Assembly (NCBI GenBank): GCA_045613315.1
Contig: JAZLAV010000008.1
Coordinates: forward strand, 20,828-84,827
DNA: 64,000 nucleotides
DNA from: Candidatus Enterousia sp.
Lineage (GTDB): Bacteria; Pseudomonadota; Alphaproteobacteria; Rs-D84
Reading direction: 5' to 3'
Shown here piece after piece: positions 1 through 10,124 of the stretch. A program made the position numbers and the translations under genes. Each line of letters starts with the position of its first letter. Positions within the stretch are counted from its first letter, which is position 1. Below the pieces are notes generated by a model. That model did no database searches, was not told the origin of the DNA, and saw nothing but the letters and a program-made list of their open reading frames with translations.

Positions 1-710
1 TGGCTGATTTGGCGGCGTCCATCCGCGAAAAGGGGGTTTTACAACCGATATTATTGCGGGCGGTTGCCGGCCGGTCATATATGTATGAAATCGTTGCGGG
101 CGAACGGCGATATCGGGCATCTAAATTGGCTGGAAAAACCGAAATCCCGGCACTTATAAAAACACTGTCCAACGAAAACGCAATGGAAATCGCGTTAATA
201 GAAAATGTACAACGCGAGAACCTTAACCCCATAGAAGAAGCAAATGCTTATAAAAACCTTATGCTGACATGCGGATACGAAATGGGCGACATTGTCCGTT
301 TAATCGGCAAATCCGACAGTTATATTCGCAACGCCATGCGTTTGATGGAATTGCCGGAATCCGTACAAAAAATGGTTCAACGGGGCGATTTATCGGCATC
401 ACATGCGCGTGCGATTGCGGTTGCGAACGACCCAGAAAAATTGGCAAACGAAATTATCAATAACAAACTGACCGTGGCGGCCACAGAAAAAATGGTTAAA
501 TCGGCAAAACGTTCCAGCACAAGTCGCGCATATACCGCACACACAATCGACACGAAAACATTACAAACGATTGAATCACGGATAAAATCATCATTACACG
601 TCCCAGCCAAGGTAATTGAAAAACGGGGCGGGGCGGGGCGAATCGTTTTGGAATACAGAACACGTACAGAACTGGACGAGTTGATTGACAAATTGACATC
701 AAATCATTAG
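1..710 (+). CDS. parB: Chromosome partitioning protein ParB (5-prime partial, N-terminus outside window)
   Basis: The frame of ORF 9..710 stays open to base 3. ParB-box-like LAASIREKGVLQPILLR and the GERRYRA motif are present, followed by an HTH region and a C-terminal domain. Confidence 0.9.
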   Translation, partial: ADLAASIREKGVLQPILLRAVAGRSYMYEIVAGERRYRASKLAGKTEIPALIKTLSNENAMEIALIENVQRENLNPIEEANAYKNLMLTCGYEMGDIVRLIGKSDSYIRNAMRLMELPESVQKMVQRGDLSASHARAIAVANDPEKLANEIINNKLTVAATEKMVKSAKRSSTSRAYTAHTIDTKTLQTIESRIKSSLHVPAKVIEKRGGAGRIVLEYRTRTELDELIDKLTSNH

Positions 711-721
711 CAACAAATCAT

Positions 722-753
722 AAAAAAACACCGGCAAATGCCGGTGTTTTTTT
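722..753. terminator. Bidirectional rho-independent terminator, ACACCGGC-AAAT-GCCGGTGT family copy
   Basis: Perfect 8-bp GC-rich stem at 728-735/740-747 with an A-run upstream and a T-run downstream, lying between convergent parB and pal. Confidence 0.85.
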
Positions 754-766
754 AACAATCAAATTA

Positions 767-1186
767 TTATTTAACTGTTGTTGTGGCGTTACGATTCCAT
801 TTCCATGCGTTTTCGCCAGACCCCTGGACCAATGGACGTTCTTTACCATAGGAAATCGTGGAAACACGTTTCGCATCGATACCGTCTTTGACCAAAACAG
901 CCTTGGCTGCGTTTGCACGACGTGCGCCCAATGCCAAGTTGTATTCTGTCGAACCACGTTCGTCGCAGTTACCAGCAATCTGGACCTTGACATTGTCATG
1001 GTTTTTCATATACGCAGACTGACCCAACAGGTTTGCGCGCGCCGCATCAGAAATTTCCGAAGAATTAAATGCGAAGAACACGCGTTGATCGTTCAAATCA
1101 GCAGGTTCTGTGATTTTTGATGAATGATGACATGCCGCCAAAATGGCCGCCGCACCCGCCAACATAGCAAAGTTTTTAATTTTCAT
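767..1186 (-). CDS. pal: Peptidoglycan-associated lipoprotein Pal (OmpA-like domain)
   Basis: Signal peptide with lipobox LAAC. The OmpA-C-like core NCDERGSTEYNLALGARRA is present. Confidence 0.9.
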   Translation of the reverse strand: MKIKNFAMLAGAAAILAACHHSSKITEPADLNDQRVFFAFNSSEISDAARANLLGQSAYMKNHDNVKVQIAGNCDERGSTEYNLALGARRANAAKAVLVKDGIDAKRVSTISYGKERPLVQGSGENAWKWNRNATTTVK

Positions 1187-1236
1187 GAAAATACTCCCTT
1201 GAGTTTACTGTTGCTCGTGCTATAGTTTATAACAAA

Positions 1237-2028
1237 ATGTTGGAAAAATCAAGGAAAAACACAAAAATGCAAATGGACGACGTACGCGATTTATTGTTAT
1301 GTGGCGTAAAATGGGAATTAAACGAAAAACCAAACACATATATGGTCACCGCCCCCCAACCAATCCAGCAACACACTGCCACCAATTTGCGGAACCATGT
1401 CGCCGCAATTGTCCCACCCATCGCCCCTGTTCAATCAGTGTCCACAACGACCGCAATATCTATGGCGGCACGCCCGACCGATATGGACGCACTGTGTCGT
1501 ATGATTGACGAATTCAATCATCCATTACGGGTGGGGGCAACAAATGTTGTTTTACCACATGTTGCAAAGAATCCGAACGGGTTGCTTATATTAACTGATA
1601 TGCCGGGTGCGGACGATGATGCAACGGGCAAAATACTGACCGGTGCAACCGGCGAATTATTGGATAAAATGTTGGCTGCGATTGAAATGTCGCGCGAAAA
1701 TGTATCTATTTTGCCAATGTTGTTTTGGCGCACACCGGGCGGTCGCACCCCAACGCGCAACGAAATCGATTTGGCGCGACCATTTGTTGACCGGGCAATC
1801 GAAATGTTGTCGCCACGCATTATTTTAACATTTGGTTCGTTGCCCGCAGCCGAGGTTGGAAACATCCAAATCGCGCGCGACCACGGGAAAATCGTGGATT
1901 TAGAAAATGGGTGCAAAATGATTGCAATGTATCACCCAAATTACCTTCTACTTAAACCGTCGGCGAAACGCGAAGCGTGGAATGTATTACAGGAAGTACA
2001 AAAATTGTTGAAAACAGTATTAAAATAA
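1237..2028 (+). CDS. Uracil-DNA glycosylase family 4-like protein with N-terminal extension
   Basis: The C-terminal ~170 aa resemble family-4 UDG (LILTDMPGADDD, GELLDKML, MYHPNYLL). The start codon is uncertain (1237 or 1267). Confidence 0.7.
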   Translation: MLEKSRKNTKMQMDDVRDLLLCGVKWELNEKPNTYMVTAPQPIQQHTATNLRNHVAAIVPPIAPVQSVSTTTAISMAARPTDMDALCRMIDEFNHPLRVGATNVVLPHVAKNPNGLLILTDMPGADDDATGKILTGATGELLDKMLAAIEMSRENVSILPMLFWRTPGGRTPTRNEIDLARPFVDRAIEMLSPRIILTFGSLPAAEVGNIQIARDHGKIVDLENGCKMIAMYHPNYLLLKPSAKREAWNVLQEVQKLLKTVLK

Positions 2029-2064
2029 TAAATAATCCAACTATGTTTAACAAAGGAGTTTAAC

Positions 2065-2613
2065 ATTAAACCTGCATTTAATAATGATAATCGGCGCGAT
2101 ATGGGGCCGCGTATGAACAACCGAATTTTCGCAAAATCGGTCCAGGTAATCAGTGCAACCGGGCAAAATCTGGGGATTATGCCAACCGCATCTGCATTAC
2201 AAATGGCGATAGACGACGGTATGGATTTGGTGGAAATAAATTCTTCGAACACGCCACCTATTGTAAAAATAATGGACTATGGCAAATTCAAATATGAACA
2301 GAAAAAACGTGCAAACGAGGCACGCAAAAACCAGAAAACAATCGAATTAAAGGAAGTTTGGGTAAAACCTTTTATCGAAGAAAACGATTTAAACATAAAA
2401 ATGAAAAAGGTGTTTGAATTTTTGGATTCTGGGAACAAGGTTAAAATTGCCGTTATGACCCGTGGTAATAAAAAGGTTCTGGCCCGGGGCAAAGATGCCG
2501 TGCCGGAATTATTTGCGCGCATCATGGAAATAATTGGCCCGCGCGGGACAATGGAATCAAAATCAAAACCGGACGAACGAACAAAATCGATAATTGTTGC
2601 GCCGGCAAAATAA
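2065..2613 (+). CDS. infC: Translation initiation factor IF-3, predicted ATT (AUU) start
   Basis: IF-3 homology runs throughout. An in-frame ATT at 2065 lies 6 nt after AAGGAG (2053-2058), whereas ATG 2101 has no SD. A conserved AUU start is known for infC. Confidence 0.85.
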   Translation: MKPAFNNDNRRDMGPRMNNRIFAKSVQVISATGQNLGIMPTASALQMAIDDGMDLVEINSSNTPPIVKIMDYGKFKYEQKKRANEARKNQKTIELKEVWVKPFIEENDLNIKMKKVFEFLDSGNKVKIAVMTRGNKKVLARGKDAVPELFARIMEIIGPRGTMESKSKPDERTKSIIVAPAK

Positions 2614-2630
2614 AATCCAAATAAAAATAT

Positions 2631-2661
2631 ACGGGTGTGGTTTAATCACACCCGTTTTTTG
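2631..2661. terminator. Bidirectional terminator between infC and der
   Basis: Stem ACGGGTGTG / CACACCCGT followed by TTTTTT. Confidence 0.8.
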
Positions 2662-2674
2662 TGTACAAACGCAA

Positions 2675-4006
2675 TCAATCAAATGGATTATCCGCCTTTT
2701 TATATTCTATTACAATGGGCAAATGTTCCCATTTTAATTCGCCCGCAATTCCACGTCGCAGATAACGCGTATATGATTCCGGTATATCTGATGCACCACC
2801 AACATTTATTGCGATTCGCATCGGATGATGTCCCACCTGGCGTGCAAACTTTATCTTCATTGGTCGTTTAAGGCGCGACATTGGTGGCTGACGCGTTTCT
2901 ACCAATTTTTCAACAATGCGGTTCAATAAACTGGTCGGGACGGTCGCGTTTGCCAAATCATATTGTTCATAGATTCGCCGAAACATATTTTGTACCCCCG
3001 AACCAGTTTCCGCCGATACAGCCAAAATCATTGGCTTTATAATCTGATGAAACGAATTTGTAAATTGGTGTTTCAATTTCAACAATTTTTCATCACGAAT
3101 TTCCGGTGCAACCAAATCCCATTTGTTCAACGCAACACAAAGTATTTTGCCCGCATCATATACACGCCCAGCAATCCCCAGTGCCTGGTTTTCAATATTA
3201 CGCGTCGCATCCACCATTAAAATAACCACATCAGATTTTTCAATCGCATCCAATGATTTTAACGCGGACAATGTTTCAACATCGTCCGTCACACCGGCCT
3301 TGCGCCGCAATCCCGCCGTGTCCATTATAATAATATCGCGCCCATAGTATTTTGTTGGAATTTTAACGGTGTCGCGTGTAATGCCGGGGGCGTCTTCAAC
3401 AATTTGACGTTTGGTCCCCAACACACGATTTACAAATGTCGATTTACCCACATTTGGTTGTCCCAAAATCGCAATTTTAATACGCGAAACATCCACGGTA
3501 TTTTCCGGCGTTTTTTCATTATTTTTATCGGCAACACCTTCTAAAAATTCATAGATTGCGTCAAACCCACGTTTGTGTTCCGCAGACACCATTACGGGTT
3601 CCCCAAACCCTAATTTAAAGAAATCGTTTATATCCGCCAACCGTGATTTCGATTCGGATTTATTCGCCAATAACAATACCGGCGATTTTGTTTTACGTCG
3701 AACAATGCGCGCCCAATTTAAATCTTCATCGGTCAACCCAACGCGCCCATCAACAACAAACAACACGGCATCAGATTCCGCAATTGTACCAATCGCCATA
3801 TCGGTCGAATCGTGTGCAATACCGGTTTTCGCGTTTTCCAGGCCCGCGGTATCCATAATATCCCAACCGCGCCCGGCAACAATACCACCGATTGTATCAC
3901 GCGTGACACCCGGCCGGTCATGAACCAGCGCATCGCGCGTCCCGGTCAGCGCATTAAACAATGTTGATTTGCCGGTATTGGGCCGGCCTGCAATTACTAT
4001 TTTCAT
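2675..4006 (-). CDS. der: Ribosome-associated GTPase Der (EngA)
   Basis: Two G-domains (GRPNTGKST, GQPNVGKST) plus a KH-like C-terminus. ATG 4006 gives MKIVIAGRPN; the longer ORF start at 4063 is unlikely. Confidence 0.95.
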   Translation of the reverse strand: MKIVIAGRPNTGKSTLFNALTGTRDALVHDRPGVTRDTIGGIVAGRGWDIMDTAGLENAKTGIAHDSTDMAIGTIAESDAVLFVVDGRVGLTDEDLNWARIVRRKTKSPVLLLANKSESKSRLADINDFFKLGFGEPVMVSAEHKRGFDAIYEFLEGVADKNNEKTPENTVDVSRIKIAILGQPNVGKSTFVNRVLGTKRQIVEDAPGITRDTVKIPTKYYGRDIIIMDTAGLRRKAGVTDDVETLSALKSLDAIEKSDVVILMVDATRNIENQALGIAGRVYDAGKILCVALNKWDLVAPEIRDEKLLKLKHQFTNSFHQIIKPMILAVSAETGSGVQNMFRRIYEQYDLANATVPTSLLNRIVEKLVETRQPPMSRLKRPMKIKFARQVGHHPMRIAINVGGASDIPESYTRYLRRGIAGELKWEHLPIVIEYKKADNPFD

Positions 4007-4074
4007 AATATTTTCTCGTTGCTTTTTTGTAATTATAAAGCAAAAATATAAATAATCAAACAAAGGAAGCGAAT

Positions 4075-4671
4075 ATGAAAAAACAGAACAAAATTCGTAA
4101 CAATCATATATGGGATATCATTATACGGCCCAAACGGTACTTTTCCAAAATCGTTGCGGACGGCAATTTGGACGAATCTATGTTCAAGGCGTTCATATAT
4201 GGGTTAATCGGCGGATGTTTGGTGTTGGGTATTCGACTGTTGGGGGGTGCTACGGTCACAATTGGTTCTGTTTTCACGGCGATTATCATTATGCCGGTAT
4301 TGGCGGTGGCGTTGCTTTTTGTTGGTGGTGGGTTGCTTATGCTGGTGTCTGAAATAACCGGTGGGGAACGTGATTGGGAAATCGCGATTAAGGGTCTGGC
4401 ATCGACAATGTTTGTATATCCGGTTATATTGGTATTAAACGCATTGGCATTTAATTGTACCAGTTTGTGGATAATAAGTTTGGTATGTGATGCGTATGTG
4501 TTATTTCTTTTCTATAACATTGGGGCATATTGTATGCGTGGGAAACGGACCAATGTTATAATGGTTGTCGCGATGCTGGCGTTATTTATGATTACGGTAT
4601 ATGTGACAAATTATCGCATTGGTTGGTTTATGCTTAAAAACGCCAGTGCAGCATTGGCATGTTTGATGTAA
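4075..4671 (+). CDS. Yip1-domain-like polytopic membrane protein
   Basis: 198 aa with about five hydrophobic helices after a short polar N-terminus. The family call is tentative. Confidence 0.55.
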   Translation: MKKQNKIRNNHIWDIIIRPKRYFSKIVADGNLDESMFKAFIYGLIGGCLVLGIRLLGGATVTIGSVFTAIIIMPVLAVALLFVGGGLLMLVSEITGGERDWEIAIKGLASTMFVYPVILVLNALAFNCTSLWIISLVCDAYVLFLFYNIGAYCMRGKRTNVIMVVAMLALFMITVYVTNYRIGWFMLKNASAALACLM

Positions 4672-4688
4672 AACCGGACTAAAAACAT

Positions 4689-4716
4689 TTGCAAATGGGC
4701 AAATATGCTTTATAAT
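4689..4716 (+). promoter_or_regulatory. Sigma70-type promoter of pnp (TTGCAA-N16-TATAAT)
   Basis: Hexamers at 4689-4694 and 4711-4716. Confidence 0.6.
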
Positions 4717-4720
4717 CACG

Positions 4721-4796
4721 CACGACGGGGGGCAAATTGTTCTTTTTTGTGCTTGGCTTCACAGAGTGCAAAAATGAATGATTTTTCTCCGTCGTG
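4721..4796 (+). promoter_or_regulatory. pnp 5-prime leader long-range hairpin
   Basis: CACGACGGGGGG (4721-4732) pairs with TTCTCCGTCGTG (4785-4796), including G-U pairs. It lies about 40 nt upstream of the pnp ATG. Confidence 0.55.
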
Positions 4797-4835
4797 AATA
4801 ATTTTTAACAATAACAAAAAACAGGAGCAAAAAGT

Positions 4836-7001
4836 ATGTTATTCGGTTTATTGAATAAAGACGAAAAAACACATTTGAATAATCCGGTCGTAGTAGAGGT
4901 CCAGTATGGCGACGAAACACTGCGTCTGGAAACGGGTCGTATGGCAAAACAGGCAAACGGTGCTGTTTTGGCAACAATGGGTGGAACAATGGTTTTGGCA
5001 ACCGTTTGTGCCGAAAAAACCGCGGTAGAGGGCCAGGATTTCTTTCCATTAACCGTTGATTACCAGGAAAAATTCGCATCCGCCGGCCGTATTCCGGGTT
5101 CACGCGACAGACGTGAAGGTAAGGCATCAACCGCCGAAACACTGATTGCGCGTCTGATTGACCGCCCAATCCGTCCGTTGTTCCCAGAAACATTTAAAAA
5201 CAAGGTTCAAATTATCGCACAAACTTTTTCATATGATAAAAAGAATCAACCCGATATTTTGGCAATGATTGCATCAAGCGCGGCATTGGCATTGTCGGGT
5301 GTTCCATTTGCGGGCCCAATTGGCGCGGCGCGTGTTGGTTATGCCGATGGACAATATATCTTGAATCCATCTAAAAAAGCGGTCGAAGATTCCGAAATGG
5401 ATTTGGTTGTTGCCGCGACCAAAGACGGTGTGTTGATGGTAGAATCTGAAATTGGCGAATTGGATGAAAAAACAACATTGGGTGCCGTTAAATTCGGTTT
5501 CGATGCACAACAAGCCGTGATTAAGGCAATTAACGAACTGGCCGAAAAGGCGGGCAAAGAACGTTGGGCAACACCGGAAAAGACCGCTGAATATGTCGCG
5601 ATGGAATCTGATTTCGAACAATTTGCAGGCCAGATTGAAGATGCGTTAACCATCAAAGAAAAATTGGTTCGTTTGGAAACGCTGTCGAATATTCACGCAT
5701 TGGCCAAGGCGCGTATCCCTGAATTATTCCCGGATACAACCGTTGCGACATCTACGCTGGAATCGTTTGCAGATGAGATCGTTGAAAATATTACTGCGCG
5801 CATTATGCGTTCGAACATCTTGGCGGGCAAACCGCGTATTGATGGTCGTGACACAAAGACGGTGCGTCCGATTGAAATTGAATTGGGCATTTTGCCGCGC
5901 GCACACGGTTCTGCACTGTTTACACGTGGCGAAACCCAGGCACTGGTTTCATTAACATTGGGTGGTGGCAAAGATGCATTACCAATCGAAAGTTTGGACG
6001 GTGCCGAAGAACGCGACTTTATTTTGAATTATAATTTCCCGGGTTATTCCGTGGGTGAAGCCAAGGGGTTGAAATCGCCGGGTCGTCGCGAATTGGGTCA
6101 TGGTAATTTGGCGTGGCGTGCGTTGCATCCGATGGTGCCAAGTCGCGAAAAATTCGACTATGTTATTCGCGTTGTGTCGGACATTTTGGAATCAAATGGT
6201 TCATCATCAATGGCGACAACATGTGGCGCAACATTGGCAATGATGGACGGCGGTGTTCCATTAACACGTCCGGTTGCTGGTATTGCAATGGGTTTAATCA
6301 AAGAGGGCGACGATTACGCAATTTTGACCGATATTTTGGGCGACGAAGACCACCTGGGCGATATGGATTTCAAAGTGACAGGAACCGATCGGGGTATCAC
6401 CGCATTGCAAATGGATATTAAAATTACATCGATAACATTTGAAATCATGGAACATGCTTTGGCCCAGGCACGCGATGGCCGTATGCACATTTTGGGCAAA
6501 ATTGAAAAGGCGATCAAGGCACCACGTAAAACGGTTTCTGAATTTGCGCCACAAATGTACACCATGAAAATCAACCCAGACAAGGTTCGTGATGTTATAG
6601 GTAAGGGCGGTTCCGTGATTCAGGCATTGACCCGCGAAACAAACACGACCATTGACCTGGAAGATGATGGCACGGTCAAGATTATGGCAACATCCCGCGA
6701 AGATGCCGATGCCGCAATTGCGCGCATCAAAGACATAGTCGCAGAACCCGAGGTTGGCGAAATCTATGCCGGTGTTGTATCTGGTATCAAAGACTTTGGT
6801 TTATTTGTAAAAATCTTGAACGGTTTTGAATCAATGGTTCATATTTCTGAAATCACAGGCGAACGCATTGCGAAAATCGAAGACACAAAAATCAAGGAAG
6901 GCGATAAAGTGTTCGTAAGATACCTGGGCGCCGACAAACGTGGTAAAACACGTATGTCCATGGTTGGTATCGATCAAAAGACAGGTAAAGAAACGAAATA
7001 G
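4836..7001 (+). CDS. pnp: Polyribonucleotide nucleotidyltransferase (PNPase)
   Basis: 721 aa with two RNase PH domains, then KH and S1 domains at the C-terminus. Confidence 0.97.
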   Translation: MLFGLLNKDEKTHLNNPVVVEVQYGDETLRLETGRMAKQANGAVLATMGGTMVLATVCAEKTAVEGQDFFPLTVDYQEKFASAGRIPGSRDRREGKASTAETLIARLIDRPIRPLFPETFKNKVQIIAQTFSYDKKNQPDILAMIASSAALALSGVPFAGPIGAARVGYADGQYILNPSKKAVEDSEMDLVVAATKDGVLMVESEIGELDEKTTLGAVKFGFDAQQAVIKAINELAEKAGKERWATPEKTAEYVAMESDFEQFAGQIEDALTIKEKLVRLETLSNIHALAKARIPELFPDTTVATSTLESFADEIVENITARIMRSNILAGKPRIDGRDTKTVRPIEIELGILPRAHGSALFTRGETQALVSLTLGGGKDALPIESLDGAEERDFILNYNFPGYSVGEAKGLKSPGRRELGHGNLAWRALHPMVPSREKFDYVIRVVSDILESNGSSSMATTCGATLAMMDGGVPLTRPVAGIAMGLIKEGDDYAILTDILGDEDHLGDMDFKVTGTDRGITALQMDIKITSITFEIMEHALAQARDGRMHILGKIEKAIKAPRKTVSEFAPQMYTMKINPDKVRDVIGKGGSVIQALTRETNTTIDLEDDGTVKIMATSREDADAAIARIKDIVAEPEVGEIYAGVVSGIKDFGLFVKILNGFESMVHISEITGERIAKIEDTKIKEGDKVFVRYLGADKRGKTRMSMVGIDQKTGKETK

Positions 7002-7004
7002 TTG

Positions 7005-7032
7005 TATATGCCCCACATGTGTGGGGCATATA
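7005..7032 (+). terminator. Perfect palindrome hairpin after pnp
   Basis: TATATGCCCCACA|TGTGGGGCATATA. The T-run is weak. Confidence 0.6.
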
Positions 7033-7051
7033 TTAACCACGGGGGGACGAA

Positions 7052-7351
7052 ATGGATATGGATGCGTTAATGGCCCAGGCCGCTGAATTACAGAACAAGG
7101 TTGCCGCGGCCCAAGATAAACTTTCCAAAACAAAAATCACCGGTATGGCGACGGGCGGTGCCTGTGTCGTTGAAATGACCGGCAAATACGATTTGTTATC
7201 TGTTAAATTGCGCGATGACATTGCGGGGCGCAGTGCAGATCAAATATCAAAAATCGTGATGGATGCGTTCCGTGATGCAAAATCCAAAGCGGACAAGGTT
7301 ATTGACACTGTTATGGGTGACGCAACCGCAGGAATGCCGTTGCCGATGTAG
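7052..7351 (+). CDS. ybaB: Nucleoid-associated protein YbaB/EbfC family
   Basis: 99 aa with MDALMAQAAELQNKV...GGACVVEMTGKYDLLSVKL, typical of YbaB. Confidence 0.85.
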   Translation: MDMDALMAQAAELQNKVAAAQDKLSKTKITGMATGGACVVEMTGKYDLLSVKLRDDIAGRSADQISKIVMDAFRDAKSKADKVIDTVMGDATAGMPLPM

Positions 7352-7369
7352 TGATTAGTGGGGGCGAAA

Positions 7370-7573
7370 ATGGAAGAAAATAAACTATCTTTTGAAGAAG
7401 CGTACAAACAATTAACCGAATTGGTTAAAAAAATGGAATCGGGCGAAATGCCATTGGCTGAATCTGTAGCGGCATACGAACAGGGGATTAAGTTAAAGGC
7501 ATACTGTGAACAGATGTTAAAAGAAGCCGAATTGAAAATCGAAACATTGAAAGTCAGCACAACACAACAATAG
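7370..7573 (+). CDS. xseB: Exodeoxyribonuclease VII small subunit
   Basis: LSFEEAYKQLTELVKKMESGEMPLAESVAAYEQG is the XseB signature. ATG 7370 lies behind a GGGGG SD; the ORF track starts at GTG 7358. Confidence 0.85.
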   Translation: MEENKLSFEEAYKQLTELVKKMESGEMPLAESVAAYEQGIKLKAYCEQMLKEAELKIETLKVSTTQQ

Positions 7574-7583
7574 TGGTAAAACC

Positions 7584-10121
7584 GTGTCCGATAAAACAAA
7601 ATTAACCCCCGTTATGCAGCAATATGTTGATATGAAATCGGAAAATCCCGATGCATTGCTGATGTTTCGTTTGGGCGATTTTTATGAATCTTTTTTTGAT
7701 GACGCAAAAATAATAAGTGAAAATCTTGGATTGGTTTTAACATCGCGTGGGGCGGATTCCGATGGCGAAAACATCCCTATGTGCGGGATTCCGTGGCATG
7801 CGGCGGATAATTATTTTGGTCGTTTGGTGCGGGCTGGATTTCGTGTAGCATTGGTTGAACAGATGGAAACCCCAGCCCAGGCAAAACAACGTGGGCATAA
7901 ATTCATTGACCGTAAAATTATTCGCGTTTTAACACCGGGAACACTGACCGACGAAAACCTATTAAACCCAAAAAATTCTAATTTTTTAATCGCAATTGTT
8001 CCAATGCAAAATGGTGCGTTTGATATCGCGGGCTGTGACATTTCAACGGGTGAATTTTTTGTTGGCGATTCGACAAACCTTATTGACGATATGGTACGTG
8101 TGCGACCGGCGGAAATTATTTATCCGTCTGGTATTGCGGAACGCCCGGAAATTATGCATATACGCGATTCTTTTAAAACAACACCTGTGTTTGAAAAAAC
8201 ATATATTCGCGCAGACATCGATACAATTGTGTCACGTGTATTCGGTGGCGCAATTGACACAAACGTGGCCACCAAGAATATAAACAGCGCGATATGCTTG
8301 CTGGCGGGATATCTGTTTAACACGCAACGCGGTGCGGAAATAACATTTCGTGCGCCACACGGATTTAAAAGTGGTGCCCAGTTATTGATTGATTCGGCCA
8401 CATGGAAAAGTTTGGAAATAGATGCGCCAATAAACGATGGTGGTGTGTGTTTGTTGGACGTGATTGATAAAACCAAAACGGCGGCCGGGGCGCGTAAATT
8501 GCGGGGCTATCTGCGGGCATTATCGGGCGACCCCAACACAATAAACGCACGCGCGGAACATATTTCACACCTGATGATAAATCCAAATGTTTCGGGGTTG
8601 GTTGCCGATTTGTTGCAATCTGTGCCGGATGTTGGGCGCGCGTTATCGCGGTTGTTGTCGGGGCGGGGAACGCCACGCGATATGCGGCATATTTGTGATT
8701 TTTTGGTTCATTTGCCAAACGCCAAATTGGTTGCAACAAAACTGGATTCGGGATTGGCCCAAACATTTAATACAATAAACACACATGACGATTTGGCGGT
8801 GGAATTGAAATCTGCATTGGCGGATGAATTACCAACATTTTTCCGTGATGGTGGTGTAATTCGTGATGGATTTGATTTGGCATTGGATAAAATGCGTGGT
8901 CTGTCACACGGGGCGCGTGAAACGATTGCGGGGCTGCAATCGCAATATTCCACACAAACCGGTATTCATACATTAAAGATTAAATATAACAATATCCTTG
9001 GGTATTTTATAGAAGTTCCATCCGCCCGTGCCGATGTGTTAATGGCACCCGATTCCGGATTTATTCATCGTCAAACGATGGCGGGCAATGTGCGTTTTAC
9101 AACCACGCAACTGATTGACCTGGACAACGATGTTCGTAATGCTGCGGAACGTGCCGCCGGTATAGAATCTGAAATCATAGCCAACATCACAAACAAAATA
9201 CGCGATGTCGCGGACGATATTTTATCCACAGCGGATATACTGGCGGACCTGGATGTTTGGTATTCGTTATCACGGTGTGCATCTGAATATAACTGGGTGC
9301 GCCCGGTAATTACAACCGATAATTCGTTTGATGTTGTTGGGGGCCGTCATCCGGTAATTGAATATGCATTACGCCGGGGTGGCGATGCGTTCATTAAAAA
9401 CGATTGCAATTTAAATGTACACCCGATTGCATTGTTAACCGGGCCCAATATGGCGGGAAAATCCACATACCTGCGGCAAAACGCGTTGATTGTTATATTG
9501 GCGCATATGGGTTCATTTGTTCCGGCCACACGCGCCACAATCGGAATTTGTGACCAGTTGTTCAGTCGCGTTGGTGCATCGGATAATTTGGCGGCGGGGC
9601 AATCAACATTTATGGTGGAAATGAGTGAAACGGCCAACATCCTGCGACGCGCAACGAACAAATCTTTCGTTATTTTCGACGAAATAGGGCGGGGCACCGC
9701 AACATACGACGGTATGGCCATTGCCCAGGCGGTTTTGGAATACATGGATAAATTGGGCGCACGAACATTGTTTGCCACACACTATCACGAATTGACAACA
9801 CTGGTTGGTGATACGCCGGAAAAGTTGCAAAATGTTTCTTGTCTAACCATTGATGTGCGTGAATATAACAACGAAATCATCTTTATGCATAAAATTGTGG
9901 CTGGAATTGCAAATCGTTCATATGGTATTCATGTTGCAAAAATGGCGGGAATGCCGGACACGGTTGTTGCGCGCGCTGCGGATGTTTTATCAAATTTGGA
10001 AACACGTACCACGATTGAAACCGCACCACCACAGTACAACACAACCCCACAAAAACCGGCACATACCGGTCGCGTGTCGGATCAAAATTCCGCAACAAAA
10101 CAACTTGATTTATTCGGCTAG
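7584..10121 (+). CDS. mutS: DNA mismatch repair protein MutS
   Basis: 845 aa with TPVMQQY at the N-terminus and Walker A GPNMAGKST. GTG start. Confidence 0.97.
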   Translation: MSDKTKLTPVMQQYVDMKSENPDALLMFRLGDFYESFFDDAKIISENLGLVLTSRGADSDGENIPMCGIPWHAADNYFGRLVRAGFRVALVEQMETPAQAKQRGHKFIDRKIIRVLTPGTLTDENLLNPKNSNFLIAIVPMQNGAFDIAGCDISTGEFFVGDSTNLIDDMVRVRPAEIIYPSGIAERPEIMHIRDSFKTTPVFEKTYIRADIDTIVSRVFGGAIDTNVATKNINSAICLLAGYLFNTQRGAEITFRAPHGFKSGAQLLIDSATWKSLEIDAPINDGGVCLLDVIDKTKTAAGARKLRGYLRALSGDPNTINARAEHISHLMINPNVSGLVADLLQSVPDVGRALSRLLSGRGTPRDMRHICDFLVHLPNAKLVATKLDSGLAQTFNTINTHDDLAVELKSALADELPTFFRDGGVIRDGFDLALDKMRGLSHGARETIAGLQSQYSTQTGIHTLKIKYNNILGYFIEVPSARADVLMAPDSGFIHRQTMAGNVRFTTTQLIDLDNDVRNAAERAAGIESEIIANITNKIRDVADDILSTADILADLDVWYSLSRCASEYNWVRPVITTDNSFDVVGGRHPVIEYALRRGGDAFIKNDCNLNVHPIALLTGPNMAGKSTYLRQNALIVILAHMGSFVPATRATIGICDQLFSRVGASDNLAAGQSTFMVEMSETANILRRATNKSFVIFDEIGRGTATYDGMAIAQAVLEYMDKLGARTLFATHYHELTTLVGDTPEKLQNVSCLTIDVREYNNEIIFMHKIVAGIANRSYGIHVAKMAGMPDTVVARAADVLSNLETRTTIETAPPQYNTTPQKPAHTGRVSDQNSATKQLDLFG

Positions 10122-10124
10122 TTA

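Noticed and set aside
1-1240. Replication origin near parB.
   Set aside because: I saw no cluster of DnaA-box-like 9-mers or an AT-rich unwinding region. The intergenic spaces here are short and occupied by a terminator and promoters.
2101-2103. ATG 2101 as the infC start.
   Set aside because: It has no SD, whereas the in-frame ATT at 2065 has a perfect AAGGAG. The AUU start is the conserved infC feature.
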